Shown: positions 26,396 through 40,900 of the stretch, piece by piece
Position numbering within the stretch: position 1 is the first letter of the stretch
How the letters are laid out: each line of letters starts with the position of its first letter
From: Lytechinus pictus
Taxonomy: Eukaryota
Assembly: GCF_037042905.1 (NCBI RefSeq)
Contig: NC_087251.1
Location: forward strand, 18,540,001 to 18,604,000
Direction of reading: 5' to 3'
DNA length: 64,000 nt
Notes under the pieces: model-generated
Database searches by the model: none
Told to the model about the DNA's origin: nothing
Seen by the model: only the letters and a program-made list of their open reading frames with translations
Program-made: the position numbers and the translations under genes

Positions 26396-26984
26396 GTTTT
26401 CAGACAGATATGAATGCAATTGTAATTTTAATCATCAGAATTGATTAGTATAGGCCTAATCACTTGATAAAAACCAACTTCATATAATTTTATCAATCCA
26501 CTCATAATAATCCACTCACATTATTCTCAAATATGTAAAGCATTAGCTTAAACTGAAGAAAAAAAATAAAACGTCATAGTAACGTGATAGTTGAACGTTT
26601 CGCTATTTGTTATTGATCACAATGATGTCAAGATCGACTCAAGCACACTAAAAATAACCCACAATCTCTCTCCCAATTTATTGATTCCTTAAGAAAGATC
26701 TTTGTGAGCAAAAAGCCCACTTGGCATTGTGTTAATAGTGTCAATACAAGCCCATCCTTTTCTTCATCTTAAGATCATCAAATACAACTGTCACTCAGGC
26801 GAATTTAAAGTTGCATTGACTTTCCTCTCTGCTCTAATTCTTTGACAAAAGAATGGTATTTGATTGGACGATGAGGTTGTATACTGTATAGTGACACTTC
26901 AGATCTACATTATGTAGAAATGACGCCAGCCCTCGCGGCGAACTCTACCGCACGGCGCGGTGGGTTGCTAATAGTTTAAGCATG

Positions 26985-27376
26985 GTGTTCATATAAGACG
27001 CATCCTCTATCTATGGATCCTACTAGAACAAGGGATAACGCTACCAGCTTCAAGAGAATATATTCGTTTTAGATACATCTTATTTTTCCTTGTAATATGG
27101 ATATCTTCAGTGAACGGTGTGGAAATATTATAAAGTGTGTCGTTTAACTGTGCTGAATTGAATTGTTGATGAACTTATAACATGAGAACATAATGAAGGA
27201 TGCCGTTGTGTAGAGCGCCGGCGTCGTCTTCATCGGAAGCTATAGTTGTGCATGGATAAAACCCAACTGCAAATGAATATTAAACGAAGGATGACCCATT
27301 TTTAAACGATTAAGCCAATATTCAGTTTAGATGTTCACTCTGATTGATAAAAATCACGGAAGATGCAACTACCTCG
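26985..27376 (+). promoter_or_regulatory. Candidate promoter and non-coding first exon of the ARHGEF33-like gene
   Basis: CpG-rich patch at ~26920-26965, CATATAAG at ~26990, and donor-like CTCG|GTATGT at 27376/27377. The ATG exon has a strong acceptor (CCCCACAG at 28899), so an upstream exon is required. Confidence 0.35.
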
Positions 27377-28944
27377 GTATGTTTCAATACATAGCAAATT
27401 ATATTTTAAATATATTCCTTTCTCTTCTTTTTTTTCAAACCAATCATGTATGCGAATTATCAAATCTCCCAATTATCGGTTGAAAAACAAAGCCTATGGG
27501 TTAAAAGGGAAAATCTGTTTTCACCGAAGTTGGTAGGCACGCATTTTAAACAATCTATTATTTTTCTTATGATGTAAAGTGGCCATGTGTATTAAAATAT
27601 TATTTACAGAATAAAGCATTCCTTTTATATTTCAAAATATCTCTTTCAAAACGATAGTTCAAAGATGTACTATAATCTACCATTTTCAAATTCGGGCGGC
27701 TACACAATCACTGATAAGGGTTTTCCGATACATTTAATAAAGGTGTATGTTGTTAGATTTTGTCAAAGATGAATTTATGCTTAATATGACAATTGTAGAT
27801 GCATGAAGGGGACAAGATGTGACATTTACAATTGTCATGTCAATTTTATTGATAATATATTTTATAACTGTCTTTTTTTTATAACTCACCTGAATATTAA
27901 AAAAAAAAAATATTCGTTACTTCTTGATGGACTCTTTAACTTTATTTTCTCTTCTCCTTTAACACAATTGCTATTATGTGCAATAAATACAAAACAATTA
28001 TGTGCATTACATTATTCTTCCTATATTGATTGATAGTGAAAAAAATGACAAGAGGCTTAATTACCCTTATGAATCAAAGCTGCCGAAATCTACAGATTTA
28101 CGACGCATATACTCGTCTATTCAAGGTTATAGTTCAATAACTGGATTAAATACTAATATCAAATTGGATTATGATCTATTAACCTTGGTTTCGCGTCATT
28201 TAGTCTAATTATTTACTGCCTTATTTAGTCACATCTCAATGACACCGGTATAGACATAGGGATTAAGGTCTGATTAGGCAATCTCTTATGATTGGAAGTT
28301 GAACTTCGCGTTGGTAATAATAATATTGCTCGCACTCAGCGCCCCGAATGTTTGGAATAATATTTTGTTAACCTCTTTTGAAGTTAAGAGTGTCAAATTG
28401 TGATAATGATGCTCGCGATAGCAAAGTTTAATATTCTTGATCAATCGAACAGTCATAGAACTCAAGTTTGGAGAAGCAAAATGTTTTATTTCCATCAACT
28501 TATCTTGTAGCAATTTATATAATTAAAGATCAATTTGATACTTTATTATATCTCGCTTTCCTTTCCTTTTACTTCCTCATTTTCTTTAACACAGAACTGT
28601 ACGATTAAACACAATTAAAAGTGTAAAAACATTATTCAAAATAAACACATAGAAATTAAGCGATATACATGATATCGGGAACGCAATCACGATAACAAAC
28701 ACTTTGTTTTGTTTTTAGCTGTGCAACTCTTATTATGGTTGCAAACTGTTATTCTAGTTAATTGTATCGTTTAATTAACTCATCATATTACTTCTCGATT
28801 AACTTCATGGTATTTGGACTTTTACCTTTTGACTGTAAATATTTTATTCAATATATAATATCTCTCTCTCTTTCTTCCTCTCTCTTCCTCTCCCCACAGT
28901 TTAACTCGAGTTCATAATTTCCGACACGCTTTCTATCTTGGCTG

Positions 28945-31900
28945 ATGCCGTCGGCGATCACGGATTGGTTGGATGATCAAGATGACGTCAGTGTTTACGA
29001 TGTGGAGATAGATAAGTCGTACTCGTCCTCGAAATCATCAGATAAGATGTCCACTTCGAGGATGGAAGGACTGAGGGTACCCTCGCCTGCGTTTGTCAGA
29101 GGTAAGCCCTTAGTAACACCAAGAATATGAAATCACATTATCATGTATATAGAGAGTATCTATTTTGACAATCTGATTGGCAAAAATGCAATGCAATATT
29201 AATATGTATAGTTTACAACAATACAACCACAGGTAGGCGGATTTTAGTAGTTTTCTTTCGCATTATGTTATATATCATCTTGGATCTATTTCACTTTACT
29301 TCACGTATTAAATTAATATAATAAATAACTGAATTTCTTAAAATTGTCTTGTTGTTTTCTATTTGTTAAGTAATTTCTTAATTCAAGGATCTTTTTTATA
29401 TAACTATTGAGTAATGACATTCCAACGTATACAAAGTTTACATAAAACCACGTTTTATGTGTAAAAGAGAGCTTAAAGGACAAGTCCACCCCAACAAAAA
29501 GTTGATTTGATTAAAAAGAGAAAAATCCAACAAGCATAACACTGAAAATTTCATCAAAATCGGATGTAAAATAAGAAAGTTATGACATTTTAAAATTTAG
29601 CTTAATTTCACAAAACAGTTATATGCACATCCTGGATGACGTCATCCACTCACTATTTATTTTGTATTTCATTATATGAAATATGAAATATTCAAATTTT
29701 CTCCACATTATCAAGTAAAAAAGTGATTAATTCCTCCCTGAACATGTGGAATTAGCATTGTTTAATACTATATGGTTCAGTCAGGTTGGTCCTTATGGTC
29801 AAATCTGTAAAAAATTAAATATTGTATAATTCAAACAATAAAAAACAAAAGACATAGTGAGTGATGGACATCATGGACTGACCATTTGCATGTCACTGAG
29901 TTGTGCATATCACTGTTTTGTGAAAAATAAGCGAAACTTTAAAATGCCATAACTTTCTTATTTTACATCCAATCTTGATGACATTTTCAGTGTTATGCTA
30001 GTTTGAATTTTCTCTATTTATTCAAGTCAACAGTTTGCTGGGATGGACTTGACCTTTAATATTGGGTATTTAGTGTAAAAAGATATTCAGCTTACCTGAC
30101 TCATCAACGGCTTGCTTCCTGAACGCTCAATCTCTTTGACAGGTGCTGTATATTTTCTTTGAGTAATATAATTTGCAGGAAGGTATTGGCGCCCTGCAAA
30201 AAAAGACTTCTTGGTGCCTTTTTTTTATATTTGTGTTTCATGTTCATTTCAGTTTGAGACTGCACGATATGATTTCTGTAAAATCCATACTATATTTTGA
30301 TAATGATATCAATTATGCCTTTCCTCAGGCATTCCCTCTGATGATATGGCATCATCAATGCGGGAAGGTATGAGGACACCATCGCCTGCTTTTGTAAGAG
30401 GTAAAGCATTGGGTATATGGATTAGAAATATGGGGAGGAGCGGGGAAAGAGGAATAGGAGGAAGGGAAGGAGGAATAAGAAGAGGAGGGATGGGGAGCGA
30501 GAGGAGGAAAAGGAAGAGGATGAGGACAGGAGGAGAAAAAAAAAAGAAGATTGGGGATGGAGGAGAATGGGAAAAGAACGAGGAGTGGTGGAAGAGAATA
30601 GGAAGGAGGGGGAAGAGGAGGAGGAGTAGCCGGGGGAAGGAGGAGGAGGAGAAGAAGGAGGAGGAGGACTGAAGCATAACAATGGCTAACGAGATGGTAA
30701 TGAGCGAAGGGGGGGGGAGTGGAGAAAGAATGGGATAGGGAAGGGCGGAATGACTGAAAGACAAATAAAATCAATTTTCTTTATGAATTTCCACTTTTCG
30801 ATTATAATTTAAGTGAAATTTGTTGAAACAAGTAGAAAGTAGAAAACTGAGTATTATCCTAATTATATTTCATAATCTTTTTTTCTTTATTTTAGCTGAT
30901 GCTGAAAGTCATGTTAATCTGGAAGAACAGATCATCGAGGTATGTTTACATTATTAATTCCATATTTAGTCCAGTATTGCTGATGTCATGTATAATTCAC
31001 TTTTGAAGTTATATTAAATGTGTTACTTTGCAAAGTTAATACTTATTTTCCAGCAAGTAGCATTTATTTTTTTTTATAAAGAATTCAAATGGAAATTGAA
31101 TATTAAAACGTGAAACACGAGCTTGACAATGTAAAGTAATTACTTCCAAACAGTTTATTGTCACACTCACGTTCAGATAATAGCACCGTCGACACGGTAT
31201 AATTATTTCAAACATATCCTTAATTTTCTCAATCTTTGTCCATGTGTTAAGAAGTGATGTTATGAACATATCTCCTCGTCTGATACACAGAATAAAGAGA
31301 GACAGCATAATATGAAGATAAAATAAAAGCGCGATAACTTGTTACGTCCAAGATGCGATTTAAATTTGACATTTTGAGGTAAAATCAATTTCAATTGATG
31401 CCTAAAATTAAACCAATGTCGGGTCCTCGTATTTTTTTAATTGATAAATCAATATTGATAAACAAAGGAATAGGGCGAAAACTCATGTACACAATCTTCT
31501 TAAATTTATTTCTGATATTCAATCACCGAATTATAGGGAAAGGGTATGAGCGCCTCAATTTGGAAGGATAAACATATATCATGCGGAGAGAGGATACTAG
31601 ATTTGATCAATGGAAAACTAAAATTTTCATGAAGAATCATTGAATGGAAAGTTACATGAAGGACGCGTTGTCTGTTGACGTGACTAATTCATGAACATTT
31701 AGCAAATCATACATACTTTAATAACAGTACTTTGAAATATCTAGGATTTCAATCTGACACCACCCCTATTTGCAATGCGTTCTGAATCCTCTTTGTATCC
31801 TTGTGATTATTAGTTCGGAAAGTCACATCCATCCAGGGTGAAACCTTAAAATTAGCATAATTATAGTCTCGAAACAGTTCCAATCAACTTACATGTAACG

Positions 31901-34900
31901 TTCCTTTCATCAACACACCAAACAAAAATACCAAATTTATTCAATTAAGAGAATATACTCCTGGGATTCGGTTTTATTGAACGGGTCATACTATACAGAA
32001 CGATTGCGTAAAATGGATGTAAAGTCTCCACTAACCGGGGATTAAGCAAAAATTGATCATCCGACGTCATCTTGTAACGCAATTTTAAATCTCTATTGTA
32101 TAACAACAACGTAATATTGAAGTTGGTTTCTTCATATATCCTACTTCTTATAACATTTCCACTACAAAGTTGACTTAACTGTATTATCATTATTATATTT
32201 AATGAGATGAACAATGGTAATTGAGAATGAAATTGAAAAAAAAATTGTTAACAGCACAGCAATTAAATAAAACCCTAAAGCCCCCCCCCCTACTATAAAT
32301 TTAGAGTATCGTTCTGTGAATTGTAATTTGATACATATTCCTATAATCTCATATGAAATGTAGTTCATTAAAATGATTTACTGATAATCAAACTTTAATT
32401 GTTAGCATGTACACACATTGATTTGCGATTATTTTTGCCGTACAAAATAGATTATTTTAAAGAGGTATTGTTATGATAAAGTCCATACATTTGAAAAGTC
32501 AAACGTCAATTTTATATTACTGTCACATACGATAAAAGTACAACCCTCACGAGTTAAACCAGAAGGAATCGAAGAAACAATCCAAATAAAAGTAGAATCC
32601 ATCTTTTCTTTTATTTCGAATCTCATCGATTTTTGTTTCCAACTGGTTCTGCACAAGTGCTTTATTGAACTAAACGGTACAAAGCTATATCGAAATGGAT
32701 ACCCCACTGCGTACTAAAGACCCCTATCGATCCGGACCCCGACGCAAATCCTTTTTACCTCGTCTATGGTTTATTCTAAACGTTTTACTATTCTTTTCAA
32801 AGATGGGGAGTGGTAATTATTGAATTCATGTCTGTCTTTTAATGTCATTACTTATGAAAACATGTTACATTGAGGCGGCGAGATGCGGAAACGACTCAAG
32901 TTTCTATTGTCTATATTGGATAGCTTTCAATGAGAATCGACTTGCGGAATACTACCACACAAACAAAGAAATACAGAAAGTTTTTCATGAATTAAAAACT
33001 ACTTGTCAACTCCATCATGGCCAGACGGAGAAGGGGGCGGTCTGAAATTGTCATATCCAAGATTTTTATTACATTTTTTTTGTACTAGCTTGCCCTAAAC
33101 GCATAATGTGCGCACCAAATCAACCACTTTCATTTTCGATTAGACGCCCTCGTAATAAGCTCGGTCGCTTCGCCTTCTTGCGTATATGTATTCCGGAACA
33201 TATTTTTTTCATGGCCCTCCCACGCCCCAAGGAAAAAAAATAGTTATCTTGTGGTACGACCCTGATATTCTGCAACCGATCATCACCATACTTGCACTTT
33301 ATAGATCATTATAATTATATCACGGGAATCGAACCACCAATTGCCGTATGGCATGTATATGGTGGACGGTATAATGACTCTCTTGAATAGAACTGATAAT
33401 CCATAACGGCCGATGGTACAAGAGAAACATCAAATATTCATGATTAAGTAGGACTTGATTGACCACTTACCGTGTCGATAGTTGACATTTGCGATTGGAA
33501 ATCAATCTAATTCTCATTAGTTTTTCTCTAGGGTACAACTAAGACTACGATTTGCCTATTTCTCTTTTGAAGGATTCCGTTGAATGTTTTGAGAAATACA
33601 AGAGAGTTGCATAATAGAAGCTATCAAAGAATCAGTATTGGAAATACAAGGGACGCTTATACCCTTTTCCAAGTATTCGAAATAAAACTTCGTTACATAA
33701 GACTAAATTATTATCGCAATTTAAAGAAGCTATTTGTTATAATTTCAATTAAATTAAAAAAAATGATTGTCTTTATATAGAATTAACTAAACATACAGTT
33801 GATCTTGAATAAAGACATATGACTTTTTATACTGCACATTATTGTATGAATAAAATTGAAATCTTAAGTGTATACCAAGTATGCTTGGAGACGCCACTCT
33901 ATTTGATGAAACTACGATATATATAAGGCATTATATAGTCGAAATGCGACTTTGCTAACACTGATTTCTTTAGGTTATTTAAAGTAATCAATTTCGACGG
34001 TTTTTATGATAAAATGTAATATGCATGCTCTTCTTTCCTTCATTTTTTTTGCGACGAAATATCAAATTACGATTTCATCTATTCCTCCTATCCATTAAAA
34101 AGGAAGAAAAACACCACTAATTAAGTTATAATAGTGTACACAAAATGTTGACCACATATATTTTACAGAGTCTATGTATATACCTTAGTAGTAAACGAAA
34201 TTGCTAGAAAGATTGAGTGTTCTGTTTAAATAGCTACGGGTAGTTTAGTCAACATTTTCTAAGTTTGCCTTAGGTATTTGTTCAGTCGGCAAGCGAGTAT
34301 GTTATAAGTATGTTTATACCCCACAGGGAGGCGAGTTACTTTTAAAGAGGAATTCGCCCGTTTGGTATAGAGATAAATAAATGTACTTTGAAATCTGAAG
34401 TTTGAAAAAAAAATGAATTGGAAATACAATCTAGATACAGTAAGTATTGATTAAAATAAAACAACAAATACAATGAGTGCATTGCTTGGACCCAAACTAG
34501 TGGTCTTAAAGCTTTTAAAGGGATGGGTTTAGGCAAAGCTCACCATTTCTATAAAATAATAATAATAATAATTACATGCGAGCATAGGAAACGACCCACA
34601 GATAGTTATGTACAGACAGTTGTAATTTCATATTGAAAATATAAAATTAATCATAACTATAAAGGAAATATCATGAAAATTATGATGCTTGAAACTAACA
34701 TTAATGAACCGAAATATTTATAGTGGGGTGCACATTTTGGGGTGCTTCTGGTGTGCTCCTAGTACGCCAGTTGACCCATCAAGTTTCATTTCATATTTTC
34801 AAATCAGTTGAATGTAAGAAACAATATGAGCAATTAGATTTATATTGTTTCTTAAGTTGTTTTATTATGTTCCTCATTGTCTTATACTTCATGTGAAATA

Positions 34901-37900
34901 ATAATGCAAGTTGCCTTTAAGTCATACGAATAAATTAAAAGTCTTTTATTTGCTAAGTCCCACTTGTGAGAGGCTAAATAATTTGTATTTGAGATCAGCT
35001 CCGTAAATACAAGCTGTCAAACATGAATGAAAGAAAGAAAAGCCAGAAAATGCAAATAATTGAAAGTTACCCTACTACATGTATGTGTTGACGTCAATAC
35101 CATATGTGACAAAGGAAAGATAACATTCCACTTACTGATCGAACATAAACCAATAAAGAAAGTGGAAAAATGTTGTACTGTAAGTAATATCAGGGGCGGA
35201 TCCAGCTTTTTATAAAGGGGGGGGGTTGGGGTGGTATGCGAGGGAGCGTAGCGACCGAGTCCAAGCGAGGGGGGAGGGTGTGGGAGGGGGTGTCCCCCCT
35301 CCCACAGTAGGGAAAATTTTTGAAAATCTGTGTGTGAAAATGGCGTTTTCTTGCATAAAATAGAATAAAATAAAATTACAAGTTTAAAAAAAAAGATAAG
35401 ATTTAAAAAAATGGTCCCCGGATTTTTTTTTGGGGGGGTTGCAACCCCCCCCAACCCCCCCTCTAGATCCGCTTCTGAATATAAAGCCTAAAATTCAAAG
35501 ATAAGGATGAAAGTAAGATAGAGATGTATGAGTGACAATTTGATTGAAAAAAAATGTAGGTCTGGTTGCCTATATATGTAGGATATTCCTGGAATGATTT
35601 GTTTATGTTATAGCTTTTTTATTTTTTATTTTTAATGTTATGAAAATTTGTAATGCTCTCGAATGATGACATGGCTTGATGAGCATTTGTGAAGTCTAGT
35701 AAGAATGGAGAAAATTACGAGACGTGCAAGTTGATTGTTTCCTCGAATCGCCTAGAGGTAAAGTTACTGGGAGAGATTGGATATTATTTGAGAGCTATAT
35801 CAGATGGAATGATTAATGAACTCACTTCATCCGAAAGCATATAGTATTATCAGAGAAATTCATATTCTGTACACATATAATACTTCTTTACTATTTGCTG
35901 TCACCTGTGCCCGGAAGAGACAATAATATTGCCAGGGACGGCTTCGCAGTCAAATTAACTTTGAAGGCCTCATCATAAAAGTTGCTGTTACTTGTTCGTA
36001 AAATAGGAATAATTTCATTCGAGACCAATAATTCATCTTACGTTATTGTGTATTTTGTATAAATAAAGTACTATGGACGAGGGTTGAGGAAGAAACCAAC
36101 ATGAAATTCAGACTTATCAACGAACGTCTTTAATTTGGCAACTTGCCTAGTAGCATCGGATCGAGTAATTTTCTGCACACGAATCACAATGATATACATA
36201 ATTTAATTACATCATTGTTCAGTTTTACCTGTGTTTACATGTTTCCCTGTGGGAGGGAATATAAATGTCATCCTTTAGAGGTCTATGAATGTTGAAACGA
36301 AAGCTCCGAAAAATAAAATTTGTCTTACTGTGTCGTAAAAACTGATGAATTAATAATAGTTTGACAATAATTATTCGAACGTAATATTTATTTTATAAAG
36401 TTTACATCAGACTGAATGAGCGGGGTCGACCAAATAACATATAAAAATATAAAGCCTCCTACCTAGATTTTGTTCGAACCATTTTCTTAATGTCGTGATT
36501 ATAGATACAGATTCTTTATAAAGCAACAAGATTTATTTGTAATCCATCATGTTGTGAGTGGCATGTAATATACCACTTTTTCATTATTCAAGTATAGCTT
36601 GATAAAGCAGATACTAGCATTTTTTCATTCAATCAAAAAAATTGTACAATTTGCAACAAATTATTATTTGTTGATATTAAACTGGTGAGAAATAGAGTAG
36701 ACTAGCCAGCTTACCATACTCGGGAAACCATCCATGTACATTAAAACTAGGCATTGCAGTATATGAACTGTGACATTTCTACTTCGACATTCAATAAAAA
36801 CATAGCCTGGAGCATGCACCTCAATGTCAAAATAAATAGAATACATAATAGACAATAAGGCAAAGATATGATGATCGGGGTGTAGACAGAGATCATGAGA
36901 TATGCTATCATATTCCGTTTCTATCAACTTTTTAATGAAGACGTTTCAGATATTTAATCGTTATATACAGTTTTTATTCCTAGATAATGGTCACGATCTT
37001 GATCAACTTAAAAACAAATCCGATGGCAAATGGCTCTCTATAACACATTGCAACGCCATTACTGTAATTTTCCATATACTATGTTGATGTCACAAACCGA
37101 AATATCACAAATTTGAACCACTTGAAATTTTGTTTAAACTCGAATGAGCGAACATAATATTCTGTATTCGCTTGGTTTTAAGAACATGTCGAAACACTGC
37201 AGCGATGGCATTAAACTCATGACGGGACAAACTCGTATATGTAAATCAGTTATCAGACAAACATTGCATCTGTAAATAGACTCCGTTAAGTATGATTATT
37301 AATTTTAATGAATTGACAGTCAAATCAATATTCTCTCTTTGCAGCTTCACTGTCTGGTCCAAGAGATGAAAGAAGGCTTCGTATTGGCAATGCAAGAGCT
37401 CTCGAGGATTCAAAATGGCGATCGGTTACTTCAAGAAACATTGGAGATGCACAAGTCGGACAGCGATGCTAGGGTTGAACAACTCACCAAAATGGTAGAA
37501 ACACTGCAGGTAAACAAAATGAATTCGAATAATAACGATGGTTATGATTATAATAAATGATATGATTTTTATTTCATTTTATTTTATTTCATTTTCACAT
37601 ACCAATAACAAAAGTATAAACAGGTAAAATCATTTATTCAACATAACAATAATCAAGTAACATAATGATTAAGATATACATAACACTATTCTACTTGAGA
37701 TATAATTAGACTTGAAAATTTACTCATTTTTAAAATATTGAAACATGACTTTTGAGCATAAAAAGAATATCTATTTGGTAATTAAGATATTAATGGTAGC
37801 CTAATATTACATTTCCTTTGCTGACCTGGGAACCGATTAATGAAAGCTGTCAGTAATGAGAAGTTGTCTTCCTCCGAAAGTTTGACTGTCACAGATTCCA

Positions 37901-40900
37901 TAGTCAGAGGCCAATTAAAATCAAAGATCTCACATTTCAAGAATAACATCCCCCAAGAATGACATCTAAAAGCGCTTTGTATCTCGTAAAAAAGGCGCTA
38001 TAGAAATATGATATGAACTAAATTAATGAGAAAAGCATGCACCCCTTTTTATAGAATTCATGATATCATAATTATTACTTACAATGACATCGTGAACTCC
38101 TGTAAAACAAGGATTACTGACACTGATTTGAAGGAGCCCTTTTTTCTTAATCAGCGAGGTACGCCATGCAACTCATATAAAAAGTTATGATTAATTTCTC
38201 ACTTTCAATTATGGTTCTATCTCACATTGATGACTATTCTCTTTTTTAAAGACACATAAACTTTGTGTTTTTATTTCTTAAAGAGTGACTTAGGGAAAGC
38301 GGTTGATGACGTCAGCAAGAACAGCGAGACGACGGCGGATCTAAAAAGACAGATGGACGAGCTTCGAGAACAGCAAAATGACATCAAAAATAAGATGGCG
38401 GAGAAGACGGATCGAGCAAATGTTCCGTAAGCTAAATATATTTAATAATATATATAAGCAGTTGTTTAAAAATGTTATTTTAAGTGTTGATTTTTGTAAT
38501 TTTTTATGCATTTTGGTGATTTTGTTCAGCTTTGATTTAGACATGATGCTATCAACCAGCTGCTTAAAGAAAAAAAAAACCCTCTAAAGTTAAAAGTCTT
38601 TTTTGAGCTCGGGTCATATAGCCTGCATAATATTATATGGCGGCACCAATAAAACAATAGCCAAGACCAAGTCATCACCGAAAAGGACGTGAATAATAGA
38701 TACTCTCTACTATTCCTATATTCACAGAAATTCTCAATCTCAATCCCGCTCAAATCGATCGTCTCAATCCGATGAGAGTGGTTTTCATCGAGACGTATTT
38801 GACGACCCTAATGACTCTGTTCCTCCTATGCTACAACCGTTCATCGATTCACTCCCAGAGGCTGGTGAAAAGACAGGTGAGATTATAAACCAACCAGGGC
38901 TCCATAAACACAAAGGTTAATTTATAAAAACAATTCTGATTGGTTCTAGTCAGTCTAATGAGCAAAGTGCGCATGCAACGATGATCTTGATTGGCCATGT
39001 CATTTAGCGATTAATCGCGAATTTTTGTGTTATGGGGCCCCAAGAGGTTTCTTGGCCAAAGTTTTTGGATTCTAAACAACAGGGTATAGGGTTCGAATCT
39101 TAACTCAAAACTTTAATGATTTGAATATAAATTTAGAATGGTTGTAAATAATAACTAGCCGAAGATTTGAATTACGTTGAAATATTATATTTGTTTTATA
39201 TCCAAACGGATTTGAATTTAAAATAGCTTTGAATTCAAATCCAGTCAAATAATTCAGTGTTCGGCTAGTCATTTTTTTTCACAGCTACTCTGGTTTTATT
39301 CTAAATCCTCGAAATTTATAATTCTGGACACAAAAATGCATTTTATACCAAGACTATGGGGATATTATTAATTTTACCACTCTCTAATACACTATCTATA
39401 TTCACGTGTTATATAAATCATTCCTAGAAAAAAAACCTGCATAATCAAGCATTGATCTGTAGAAAGGGAAACAATCAAGTTTAATGCAAAATTGAATTAC
39501 AAAACATCACTTTTATAATATTCAAATTCCATGTGGCGAATCGCGCCATGTCTATCCGCAGAGATTAATTTAACTTTGTCAAAGTAGAAGTAAATTGTTA
39601 TAAACTCGTCTTAAATGTTTAATCTGATTCCCCTCTAAAGCTAAGTCACTTATATTTCTTGTCTGATTTTCTATCAAAAATTAAACTGATTGTATCGGTG
39701 AGCATACCCGGTCACCATTTATACTACTTTATTCTGCTAATTTTCGATTCATGAGTAAATGCCATTATCACGTGATGGTTTTTATGAATGCAGTTGATCC
39801 GGAACATTCGGATTCCGATGACTCAACGATCCAAGCAGCGGATCAGATGATGAAACTAAGCCGAAAATTTGCCCAGGAATACCATCGTCATAGAGCTAGA
39901 CTAGCAAGCCCATCCACTGACAACTTATTATTCAACCGAAACGTAAGACGTTCACATCTACTCTTGATTTTGACTATTCATATTAAATAATCGCGGTTTC
40001 TTGCTTTTTTTAAGGATACTTAAATTTTGATAAAAACAATGTGTATATCTTGATAGAAGGCCGGCTAAAACAATGGTAAAATAAATATATTTTATAAATA
40101 TATTATCTAAATGCCTAATTTGAAATGTAATTGATATTTGTAATGTCAAACTTGACGAAGAATTAATCTTATCGGCATCTTAAACTTTATTTCAATCAAT
40201 TCTTAATCACTAACTGTTTTATTCTATCGCAATGTCTTGTAATTTCAGTTAGGGCAGAATGAACAGAACTCGGAGAGAACCATAAGGAGTAGCGACAGCG
40301 ATAAAAGTAAGAAAATGTTTAATAATGTTTTTTTTTTCAGTAATACAACGAAAAAATATATATATTTCCAGTATTAAATACAATTTTCGATTTTTGGGGG
40401 GTATATTGTGTATGAGATCAAGTTTTTACAGAATTGTATCGATCAGATGTGAGTATTTACGCCTGGGGACCGATCCAAAAGAAGTGAACAAGGCTCGAAC
40501 CTAGAACCTCTGCATCTATTCGTTTTTTCTCCATGCAGCTTGCATGGGTTACATTATTTGTTGTCAAGCGCTGAGTGGCATATCTTTCTGATATAATTTC
40601 CTATTTTATTTTACATTGAAGGTAAACGTCGTCGTGTAGTAGACTCGTTGGTTTCTTCAGAGCGGATTTATGTTTCTAATCTTCGATTCATTCAGGAATG
40701 CATCATCCAACCTCTTGTTATCGAATCTATTGTTCCTCTCAACGATATCAAGTTAGTATTCCCTTATATTCTTCCTTCTCTTATTTCATCCCTCAGTCTT
40801 GTTCTTCCTGTATAGATTTTTCTCATCCATCCACCCTCGCTCTCTCTTTCTATTTGTCTACCCCGTCTCACTTCCCTCTATTATAATATCCCGTCCCTAC

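Noticed and set aside
30309..30774. Overlapping 86-151 aa ORFs
   Set aside because: They come from the purine-rich intronic tract; only 30329-30400 is exon.
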